Shown here in pieces: positions 25,901 through 37,900 of a DNA stretch of 64,000 nt. This DNA is from Macrostomum lignano (Eukaryota). The translations under genes were made by a program, and so were the position numbers. The DNA lies in NCBI GenBank assembly GCA_002269645.1, contig NIVC01000491.1, forward strand, positions 434,001 to 498,000, given 5' to 3'. Positions within the stretch are counted from its first letter, which is position 1; each line of letters starts with the position of its first letter. The notes beneath the pieces were generated by a model that saw nothing but the letters and a program-made list of their open reading frames with translations, was not told where the DNA came from and did no database searches.

Positions 25901-28900
25901 GTGCAATAATCCTTTGTTTATCAAGTGCAATAATCCTTGGTTTATCAAGTGCAATAATCTTTGGTTTATCAAGTGCAATAATCCTTGGTTTATCAAGTGC
26001 AGTAATCCTTGGCCTATCAAGTGCAATAATCCTTGGTTTATCAAGTGCAGTAATCTTTGGCCTATCAAGTGCAATAATCCTTGGTTTATCAAGTGCAATA
26101 GTCCTTGGTTTATCAAGTGCAGTAATCCTTGGTTTTCCAAGTGCAATAATCCTTGGCTTCTTGAGTGCAGTAATCCTTGGTTTTCCAAGTGCAATAATCC
26201 TTGGCTTCTTGAGTGCAGTAATCCTTGGTTTATCAAGTGCAGTAATCTTTGGCTTATAAAGTGCAATAATCCTTGGTTTATCAAGTGCAATAATCATTGG
26301 CTTATCAACTGCAATAATCCTTGGTTTATCAAGCGCAGTAATCCTTGGCCTATCAAGTGCAATAATCCTTGGCTTATCGAGTGCAGTAATCCTTGGTTTG
26401 CCAAGAGCAATAATCCTTGGTTTATCGAGTGCAGTAATCCTTAGTTTTCCAAGTGCAGTAATCCTTGGTTTATTAAGAGCAATAATCCTTGGCTTATCGA
26501 GTGCAGTAATCCTTGGTTTGCCAAGAGCAATAATCCTTGGTTTATCGAGTGCAGTAATCCTTAGTTTTCCAAGTGCAGTAATCCTTGGTTTATTAAGAGC
26601 AATAATCCTTAGTTTATCGAGTGCAGTAGTCCTTGGTTTATTAATAGCAATAATCCTTGAATAATCCAGTGCATTAATCTCTGGCTTATCAAGTGCAACA
26701 TTCTTTACTATCAAGTGCAATAATCCATGGCTTATCAAGCTCTGTAATCCTTGGCTTATCAAGTGCAATAATCCTTGGTTTATCAAGTGCAATAATCCTT
26801 TGTTTATCAAGTGCAGTAATCCTTGGCCTATCAAGTGCAATAATCCATGGCTTATCAAGCGCTGTAATCCTTGGCTTATCAAGTGCAATAATCCTTGGTT
26901 TATCAAGTGCAATAATCCTTGGTTTATCAAGTGCAATAATCATTTGTTTATCAAGTGCAATAATCCTTGGTTTATCAAGCGCAGTAATCTTTGGCTTATC
27001 AAGTGCAATAATCCTTGGTTTATCAAGTGCAATAATCCTTGGTTTATCAAGTGCAATAATCCTTGGTTTATCAAGTGCAATATTTGTTTATCAAGTGCAA
27101 TAATCCTTGGTTTATCAAGTGAAATAATCCTTGGTTTATCAAGTGCAATAATCCTTGGTTTATCAAGTGCAGTAATCCTTAGTTTTCCAAGTGCAGTAAT
27201 CCTTGGTTTGCCAAGAGCAATAATCCTTGGTTTATCGAGTGCAGTAATCCTTAGTTTTCCAAGTGCAGTAATCCTTGGTTTATTAAGAGCAATAATCCTT
27301 AGCTTATCAAGTGCAGTAGTCCTTGGTTTATTAATAGCAATAATCCTTGAATAATCCAGTGCAACATTCTTTACTATCAAGTGCAATAACCCATGGCTTA
27401 TCAAGCGCTGTAATCCTTGGCTTATCAAGTGCAATAATCCTTGGTTTATCAAGTGCAATAATCCTTGGTTTTCCAAGTGCAGTAATCCTTGGTTTATTAA
27501 TAGCAATAATCCTTGGCTTCTTGAGTGCAGTAATCCTTGGTTTGCCAAGAGCAATAGTCCTTGGTTTATCGAGTGCAGTAGTCCTTGGTTTATTAATAGC
27601 AATAATCCTTGGCTTATCGAGTGCAGTAATCTAAGTGTTTTTATTTAGTCCTTTAATAAAACCTTCTAATAAAAATTTTTACACTACTACTTTTAAACTA
27701 CTTAGATTCGAACCTAGGTCGCTGCATTAGCAGTCTGGTCTGTTCAGCTCTAGGCTAGCTCTCATCGAAGTTATCAGTGATGTTGTACCACTTATATAAT
27801 TCAACACTCACACCAAGTCAGGTAGAGTAAAAAGTCTCACGAAGCAGTTATGACATAATCAATTTCTTAGGCAAGTCAGTACCAGTGTCTATGAAAGTTT
27901 ACAATATGGTTACGTAATATAAATTCAGTACTGCGCTATGCTTTCACACTCAAAGCTGTGACGCAATTCAATTGAGTGTCAAATTCAGCCAGTACACAGA
28001 CGATAAATAAAGTGTATTGTGATGCAATCTATTTCAGAATCAGAATTCAACCAGTCAGTTTTTCTGCTAGCATTCTTACAATGCATTTCAAGTCGAAAGA
28101 GCTGCTTGACCTTTGCAAAAAAGCATGTTTTTCGAATATTTAATCCCTTTAACATTGAGCAATTTCTTAGCCACGATGCATGTACCGTCACGGAATAATT
28201 TCTGATCGAACAGTGCAGGTTCGAAGAAAATCGGTTCAGCCGTTTTTGCTAAAATCGATCACACACACACACACGCACACACAAACAGACCATTTTTAGT
28301 ATATTACGAGTGGAACTCCTCCTTCGGAGGAGAAAGGGGAAGAACTCCCATCACCGGAATTCTATTCCCTGAAATATCCATCAACTGAAATTCCATGTCT
28401 TTAACCCTATCTTCCAAATCGTCTCCAAATTCTTTACAAAATCTTTCAAAGACCATAGCTCAAAGACTCTTACGTCTCTCATATCTACTCTCTCCTCTCT
28501 TCGCTATTATCGTGACTCGCTTCTCTCTCCTCTCTCTCATCTCATCTCTACCCCTACTCTCTTATTTATCTCTACTCCCTTATTTATCTCTTCTCCCTCG
28601 TCTTTCGTCTGTACCCTATCCTGTCTACTCTCCTATCTTCTATCTTATCTCTCCCCTTTTCTCTCCTCTCTCATATCTAATCTCTAATCACTTATCTATC
28701 GTCTCCGCTCTACTTTCTCTCTTCTTTTTTCTCTCTTCTCTCTGCTCTCATTTCTCGTATCTCTTATACGCTCTCACCCTCTCCTTTCTTATCTCCCATC
28801 TTTCTTCCCTCCTTTCTACTGCATCACCTGTCTCCTCTCTTCTCTTTTCTCTCCTCTCCATTCTCTCTTCTCTACTCTCATCTCCCCTCATCTCTTCTCT

Positions 28901-31900
28901 AATCTCTAATCTCTTCTCTCTCTTATTTTCTCACTCATCTCTTTTCTCATTGCATCTCTCATCTCTCCTCTCTCTCTCTCCTCTCATCTGTACTATCTTT
29001 TTTATCTCTTCTCCCAGGTCTTTCAAATTTACTCTCTCCTGTCTCCTCTCTCCCCTCGTCTTTCCTCTCTCATATCTCTTCTCTACTCACTTATATATTC
29101 TCTCTCCTCTGCTCCCCTTTTACACTTTGCTATATGCTCTCACTCTCACCCTCCCCTTTCTTATCTGCTGTTTTTACACTCCTTTCTACCACCTGTCTCC
29201 TCTCGTTTCTCTCCTCTCTGCACTCTCATCTTTACCCTCTTCTTTCTCCTCACTACTTTCTTCTCTTAAATCTCTGATCTCTGATCTTTCATCTCTCTCC
29301 TCTCACCTCTCACCTCTCTCCTCTCTTTCCTCTCTTCTATTGCCTCTGTACGCTCTTGTCCCTCCTTTCTTCTCCATCCTGTCTCCTCTCTGCAATCTCA
29401 TATCTCCTCTCTCATATCCTCTCCCTTCATCTCCTCTCTCCTCTTCTCTTCTCTCTCCTTCGTTCCCGCCTTACTTTCCTCTTCTCTCCCATCTGTCATG
29501 TCTAATCTCTCCACTCATTTCTACTCTGTTTTCTATCATCTCATCTCTCTTCTCTTTTCATTCTTCTCTTTACTCTCTTCTCTGACTGATTGAAGATGCC
29601 AAATCCATCAAGATCCTCTCCGCGAAGCAGAAATCCTGTCCGTGCAACTGAAAACCATCGAAATCCTCTCCGTGAAACTGGACTCCTTCGAAATCCTCTC
29701 CTTGAAACTTAAATCCATCAAAATCGTCTCCATAAAACAGAAATCAATCATAAATTATCTCCGCGAAACAGAAATCCTCTCCGTGAAGCTGAACATCATC
29801 GAAATCCTCTCCGTGAAACTGAACACCTTCGAAATCCTCTCCGTGAAACTGAACACCTTCGAAATCCTCTCCTTGAAACTTAAATCTATCAAAATCGTCT
29901 CCATAAAGCAGAAATCAATCATAAATTTAACTCCGCGAAACAGAAATCCTCTCCGTGAAGCTGAACATCATCAAAATCCTCTCCGTGAAACTGAGCACCA
30001 TCGAAATCCTCTCCACGAAACAGAAATCCTCTTTGTCAAAATTAAAACATTGAAATCGTCTCCGCTAAACTGGACTCAATCAATTTTTTCCGTCAAACAA
30101 CTCAACTCTCCGGATTCATTGGTTAGGGTTAGGGTTAGGGTTAGAACTACGCACAGCTTCGTGTTAAAAGGCACTGATAAACTATTGAACTAATTGAATC
30201 AATTCATTGCGCAACCGATTTCACAGTCAGTCAGTATCAGTCTCAGTTAAAGTTAACAAAAACATTGCGCAATCTAAATCAACCCTCCAATACAAAGCAA
30301 CTGACCCCCTTCCTATACACAGCGCCAGTTGGAAGTCGAAACCCCCAACTTTATCTCTCACCTCTCGCCAAAATGAGTACAATCTTTGCAGAAAGTTTAA
30401 AGTATGGAAATAGTTTTTGCAATGCAGAGCTTTTAGTTTTCATATTTGAAGCAAACAATTTATATCCCTGAAATCAGCTTTGCAAGTTCTTTCCAGCAAT
30501 ATAAATTTTTTCTCTCAAAGTTAAAAACTCGAGCAACAGTTTGCGTTTGAAACTTTCTGATTTAAAGCATTGAAATATCGATTGTACGTTCACTGCCTGC
30601 TAAAGAGGCCCGCAAGTTTATGCATTGAATTTCAACGTTCAACAAAATCACAGGGCTGCCTATTGAAAATTAGAACACAAATCTTTGCGCAATTGTCTAT
30701 ACAGTCAGCCAGTGAGCCAGGGTCCGATTGTACACAGGCAGCCATTTAGAACGCCCCATCCCCCCACTGGAGAGAAAATACACTGCAGAGATAGGGAAAA
30801 GTTGTGGCGCAATCACTTGAAATTCATGCAAATTTTCAGCTCCAAGCAGAAAGAGGGGACAATTAAGATTATCAAAGGTCAAGACCGCCGTTTTCTGCTT
30901 TTTTGAGGATTTAAGAAATTAAAATTTCAGAATTAAAATAGCCTATAGCCGACCTCGGATAATTTCCAATCTTCCCATATAAGTTTCAACGCTGAGTTGC
31001 CACTATTCAAGGAGGAGTTGTCGAAATGACAGACAGACACACAGACAGACAGACAAACAACGCGTCAACTTTAGTATATAGAGTGGAACTCCTCCTTCGG
31101 AGGAGAAAGGGGAAGAACTCCCATCACCGGAATTCTGAAGGGGAAGAACTCCCATCAGCTGAAATTCCATGACTTGAATCCCATCTTCCAAATCATCTCC
31201 AAATCCTCTACAATGCATTTCAATTACCGGATATCTTGTTTTCCCTATTTGCAAAAACTCACTGGCATTGTCCAGACTCGGACTCTCATGTCTCTGCTCT
31301 CATTTCTCATATCTCATATCTTTCATATCACTCTCTCCTTTCTTATCTTCCATCTTTCTGCCCTCCTTACTACCGTCTCTTGTCACCTCTCTTTTCTCTC
31401 CTCTCCATTCTTCTCTCCTTTCCTTTCTCCTCTCATCTTCTCCCCTCTCTTCTCAAATCTCTCTCTCTCTTTTCTCACTTATCTCTTTTCTATTTGCATC
31501 TCTCATCTCTCATCTCTCTCCTCTCATCTGTACTATCTTATTTATCTCTTCTCCCAGGTCTTTCAAATTTACTCTCTCCTGTCTCCTCTCTCCCCTCGTC
31601 TCTCCTCTCTCATATCTCTTCTCTACTCACTTATCTATTCTCTCTACTCTGCTCCCCTTTTACACTTTCCTATATGCTCTCACTCTCACCATCTCCTTTC
31701 TTATCTCCTGTTTTTTACACCCCTTTCTACCACCTGTCTTCTCTTGTTTCTCTCCTCTCTGCACTCTCATCTTTACCCTCTTCTTTCTCCTCACTACTTT
31801 CTTCTCTTAAATCTCTGATCTCTGATCTTTCATCTCTCTCCTCTCAACTCTCACCTCTCTCCTCTCTTTCCTCTCTTCTATTGCCTCTGTGCGCTCTTAT

Positions 31901-34900
31901 CCCTCTTTTCTTCTCTGTCCTGTCTCCTCTCTGCTATTTCATATCTCCTCTCTCATATCCTCTCCCTTCATCTCCTCTCTCCTCTTCTCTTCTCTCTCCT
32001 TCGTTCCCGCCTTACTCCCCTCTTCTCTCCCATCTGTCATGTCTAATCTCTCCACTCATTTCTACTCTGCTTTCTATCATCTCATCTCTCTTCTCTTTTC
32101 ATTCTTCTCTTTACTCTCTTCTCTGACTGATTGAAGATGCCAAATCCATCAAGATCCTCTCCGCGAAGCAGAAATCCTGTCCGTGCAACTGAAAACCATC
32201 GAAATCCTCTCCGTGAAACTGGACTCCTTCGAAGTCCTCTCCTTGAAACTTAAATTTATCAAAATCGTCTCCAAAAAACAGAAATCAATCATAAATTATC
32301 TCCGCGAAACAGAAATCCTCTCCGTGAAGCTGAACATCATCGAAATCCTCTCCGTGAAGCTGAACACCATCGAAATCCTCTCCACGAAACAGAAATTTTC
32401 TCCGTCAAAATTAAAACATTGAAATCGTCTCCGCTAAACTTGACTTAATCGAATTTTTTCCGTCAAACAACTCAACTCTCCGGATTCATTGGTTAGGGTT
32501 AGGGTTAGGGTTAGAACTGCGCACAGCTTCGTGTTAAAAAGCACTGATAAAAATATTGAACTAATTGTATCAATTCATTGCGCAACCGATTTCACAGTCA
32601 GTCAGTATCAGTCTCAGTTAAAGTTAACAAAAACATTGCGCAATCTAAATCAACCCTTCAATACACAGCAGCAGTGAGAAGTTGAACCCTCCCCCAACTT
32701 TATCTATTACGTCTCGCAAAACTGAGTACGATTTTTGCAGAAAGTTAAATGTATGGAAATAGTTTTTTAAATGCTGTGCTTTTTCTTTTCATATTTAAAG
32801 CAAACAACTTATATCCCCGAACTCAGCGTTGCAAGATCTTTCCAGCAATATCAGTTTCTCCTATCAAAGTTTAAAACTCGAGGAACAGTTAGCGTTTAAA
32901 ACTGTCTGATTTATAGCATTGAAGTATCGAGTGTACGTTGACTGCCTGCTTGCAAGTTGATGCATTGAATTTCAATGTCCAACAAATACACAGGGCTGCC
33001 CATTGAAAGGCAGGAAAACTTATCAGTAGCCATATCATTGCGCAATTATCTATACAGTCAGCCAGTGAGCCAGGGTCCAAGTGTACACACGCAGCCACTG
33101 AGAACGCTCCCACCCCCCACTGGAAAGAAAATACACTACAGAGATAGGGAAAAGTTGTGGCGCAATCACTAAAAATTCATGCATTTTTTCAGCTCCAAGC
33201 AGAAAGAGGGGACAATTAAGATTATCAAAGGTCAAGATTCAAGTTTTCTGCTTTTTTGAGGATCTAAGAAATTAAAATTTCAGAATTAAAATAGCCTATA
33301 GCCGACCTCGGATTATTTCCAATCTTCCCATATAAGTTTCAACGCTGAGTTGCCACTATTCAAGGAGGAGTTGTCGAAATGACAGACAGACACACAGACA
33401 GACAGACAAACAACGCGTCAACTTTAGTATATATAGAAGTGGAACTCCTCCTTCGGAGGAGAAAGGGGAAGAACTCCCATCACCGGAATTCCATTCCCTG
33501 AATTATCCATCAACTGAAATTCCATGTCTTGAACCCCATCTTCCAAATCGTCTCCAAATTCTTTACAAACCTTTCAAAGACCATAGCTCAAAGACTCTTA
33601 CGTCTCTCATATCTACTCTCTCCTCTCTTCGCTATTATCGTGACTCGCTTCTCTCTCCTCTCTCTCATCTCATCTCTACCCCTACTCTCTTATTTATCTC
33701 TACTCCCTTATTTATCTCTTCTCCCTCGTCTTTCTTCTGTACCCTCTCCTGTCTACTCTCCTATCTTCTATCTTATCTCTCCCCTTTTCTCTCCTCTCTC
33801 ATATCTCATCTCTAATCACTTATCTATCGTCTCCGCTCTACTTTCTCTCTTCCCTTTTCTCTCTTCTCTCTGCTCTCATTTCTCGTATCTCTTATACGCT
33901 CTCAACCTCTCCTTTCTTATCTCCCATTTTTCTTCCCTCCTTTCTACTGCATCACCTGTCTCCTCTCCTCTCCATTCTCTCTTCTCTCCTCTCTCTCCTC
34001 TCATCTGTACTATCTTATTTATCTCTTCTCCCAGGTCTTTCAAATTTACTCTCTCCTGTCTCCTCTCTCCCTCGTCTTTCCTCTCTCATATCTCTTCTCT
34101 ACTCACTTATCTATTCTCTCTCCTCTGCTCCCCTTTTACACTTTCGTATATGCTCTCACTCTCACCCTCTCCTTTCTTATCTCCTGTTTTTTACACTCCT
34201 TTCTACCACCTGTCTCCTCTCGTTTCTCTCCTCTCTGCACTCTCATCTTTACCCTCTTCTTTCTCCTCACTACTTTCTTCTCTTAAATCTCTGATCTCTG
34301 ATCTTTCATCTCTCTCCTCTCACCTCTCACCTCTCTCCTCTCTTTCCTCTCTTCTATTGCCTCTGTACACTCTTATCCCTCCTTTCTTCTCTCTCCTGTC
34401 TCCTCTCTGCTATCTCATATCTCCTCTCTCATATCCTCTCCCTTCATCTCCTCTCTTCTCTTCTCTTCTCTCTCCTTCGTTCCCGCCTTATACTCCCCTC
34501 TTCTCTCCCATCTGTCATGTCTAATCTCTCCACTCATTTCTACTCTGTTTTCTATCATTTCATCTCTCTTCTCTTTTCATTCTTCTCTTTACTCTCTTCT
34601 CTGACTGATTGAAGATGCCAAATCTATCAAGATCTTCTCCGCGAAGCAGAAATCCTGTCCGTGCAACTGAAAACCATCGAAATCCTCTCCGTGAAACTGG
34701 ACTGCTTCGAAATCCTCTCCTTGAAACTTAAATCCATCAAAATCGTCTCCATAAAGCAGAAATCAATCATTAATTATCTCCGCGAAACAGAAATCCTCTC
34801 CGTGAGGCTGAACATCATCAAAATCCTCTCCGTGAAACTGAACACCATCGAAATCCTCTCCACGAAACAGAAATTCTCTCCGTCAAAATTAAAACATTGA

Positions 34901-37900
34901 AATCGTCTCCGCTAAACTGGACTCAATCGAATTTTTTCCGTCAAACAACTCAACTCTCCGGATTCATTGGTTAGGGTTAGGGTTAGGGTTAGGGTTAGGG
35001 TTAGAACTACGCACAGCTTCGTGTTAAAAGGCACTGATAAAAATATTGAACTAATTGAATCAATTCATTGCGCAACCGATTTCACAGTCAGTCAGTATTA
35101 GTCTCAGTTAAAGTTAAAAAAAAGATTGCGCAATCTAAATCAACCCTTCAATACACAGCAGCTGTGAGAAGTTAAACCCTCCCCCAACTTTATCTCTTAC
35201 GTCTCGCAAAACTGAGTACAATTTATGCAGAAAGTTAAAAGTATGGAAATAGTTTTTTAAATGCGGTGCTTTTTCTTTTCATATTTAAAGCAAACAACTT
35301 ATATCCCTAAACTCAGCGTTGCAAGATCTTTCCAGCAATATAAGTCTCTCCTCTCAAAGTTTAAAACTCGAGGAACAGTTAGGGTTTGAAACTGTCTGAT
35401 TTATAGCATTGAAGTATCGAGTGTACGTTCACTGCCTGCTTGCAAGTTGATGCATTGAATTTCAATGTCCAACAAATACACAGGGCTGCCCATTGAAAGG
35501 CAGGAAAACTTATCAGTAGCCATATCATTGCGCAATTATCTATACAGTCAGCCAGTGAGCCAGGGTCCAAATGTACACACGCAGCCACTGAGAACGCTCC
35601 CACCCCCCACTGGAAAGAAAATACACTACAGAGATAGGGAAAAGTTGTGGCGCAATCACTAAAAATTCATGCATTTTTTCAGCTCCGAGCAGAAAGAGGA
35701 GACAAATAAGATTATCAAAGGTCAAGATTTGAGTTTTCTGCTTTTTTGAGGATCTTAGAAATTAAAATTTCAGAATTAAAATAGCCTATAGCCGACCTCG
35801 GATAATTTCCAATCTTCCCATATAAGTTTCAACGCTGAGTTGGCACTATTCAAGGAGGAGTTGTCGAAATGACAGACACACAGACAGACACACAGACAAA
35901 CAACGCGTCAACTTTAGTATATACGAGTGGAACTCCTCCTTCGGAGGAGAAAGGGGAAGAACTCTCATCACCGGAATTCCATTCCCTGAATTATCCATCA
36001 ACTGAAATTCCATGTCTTGAACCCCATCTTCCAAATCGTCTCCAAATTCTTTACAAACCTTTCAAAGACCATAGCTCAAAGACTCTTACGTCTCTCAAAT
36101 CTACTCTCTCCTCTCTTCGCTATTTTCGTGACTCGCTTCTCTCTCCTCTCTCTCATCTCATCTCTACCCCTACTCTCTTATTTATCTCTACTCCCTTATT
36201 TATCTCTTCTCCCTCGTCTTTCGTCTGTACCCTCTCCTGTCTACTCTCCTATCTTCTATCTTATCTCTCCCCTTTTCTCTCCTCTCTCATATCTCATCTC
36301 TACTTACTTATCTATTGTCTCCGCTCTACTTTCTCTCTTCTCTCTGCTCTCATTTCTCGTATCTCTTATACGCTCTCACCCTCTCCTTTGTTATCTACCA
36401 TCTTTCTTCCCTTTCTACTGCATCACCTGTCTCCTCTCCTCTCTTTTCTCTCCTCTCATCTCCCCTCATCTCTTCTCTAATCTCGAATCTCTCCTCTCTC
36501 ATATCTCTTCTCTACTCACTTATCTATTCTCTCTCCTCTGCTCCCCTTTTACACTTTCGTATATGCTCTCACTCTCACCCTCCCCTTTCTTATCTCCTGT
36601 TTTTTACACTCCTTTCTACCACCTGTCTCCTCTCGTTTCTCTCCTCTCTGCACTCTCATCTTTACCCTCTTCTTTCTCCTCACTACTTTCTTCTCTTAAA
36701 TCTCTGATCTCTGATCTTTCATCTCTCTCCTCTCACCTCTCACCTCTCTCCTCTCTTTCCTCTCTCCTATTGCCTCTGTACGCTCTTATCCCTCCTTTCT
36801 TCTCTCTCCTGTCTCCTCTCTGCTATCTCATGTCTCCTCTCTCATATCCTCTTCCTTCATCTCCTCTCTCCTCTTCTCTTCTCTCTCCTTCGTTCCCGCC
36901 TTACTCCCCTCTTCTCTCCCATCTGTCATGTCTAATCTCTCCACTCATTTCTACTCTGTTTTCTACCATCTCATATCTCTTCTCTTTTCATTCTTCTCTT
37001 TACTCTCTTCTCTGACTGATTTAAGATGCCAAATCCATCAAAATCCTCTCCGCGAAGCAGAAATCCTGTCCGTGCAACTGAAAACCATCGAAATCCTCTC
37101 CGTGAAACTGAACTCCTTCGAAATCCTCTCCTTGAAACTTAAATCCATCAAAATGGTCTCCATAAAACATAAATCAATCATAAATTATATCCGCGAAACA
37201 GAAATCCTCTCCGTGAAGCTGAACATCATCGAAATCCTCTCCGTGAAACTGAACACCATCGAAATCCTTTCCACGAAACTGAACACCATCGAAATCCTCT
37301 CCACGAAACAGAAATCCTCTCCGTCAAAATTAAAACATTGAAATCGTCTCCGCTAAACTGGACTCAATCGAATTTTTTGCCGTCAAACAACTCAACTCTC
37401 CGGATTCATTGGTTAGGGTTAGGGTTAGGGTTAGAACTACGCACAGCTTCGTGTTAAAAGGCACTGATAAACTATTGAACTAATTGAATCAATTCATTGT
37501 GCAACCGATTTCACAGTCAGTCAGTATCAGTCGCAGTTAAAGTTAACAAAAACGTTGTGCAATCTAAATCAACACTCCAATACACAGCAGCAGTGAGAAG
37601 TTGAACCCTCCCCCAACTTTATCTATTACGTCTCGCAAAACTGAGTACGATTTTTGCAGAAAGTTAAAAGTATGGAAATAGTTTTTTAAATGCTGTGCTT
37701 TTTCTTTTCATATTTAAAGCAAACAACTTACATCCCCGAACTTAGCGTTGCAAGATCTTTCCAGCAATATAAGTTTCTCCTCTCAAAGTTTAAAACTCGA
37801 GGAACAGTTAGCGTTTGAAACTGTCTGATTTATAGCATTGAAGTATCGAGTGTACGTTGACTGCCTGCTTGCAAGTTGATGCATTGAATTTCAATGTCCA

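Larger units (their letters stand above)
23285..28308 (-). mobile_element. Helitron-like element B (~5 kb) carrying internal tandem arrays
   Basis: Its 5' end on the - strand reads TCGTAATATACTAAAAATGGTCTGTTTG(TG)n...AACGGCTGAACCGATTTT, an arrangement typical of Lep1-type non-autonomous Helitron 5' ends (recall). Its 3' end is the hairpin plus CTAG. Confidence 0.65.

Noticed and set aside
23971-27634. LHLINQG / IIALDKP / SSAIILG ORFs as LRR-like proteins
   Set aside because: A 24-bp satellite keeps frames open; there is no start or splice context, and it lies within an intron.
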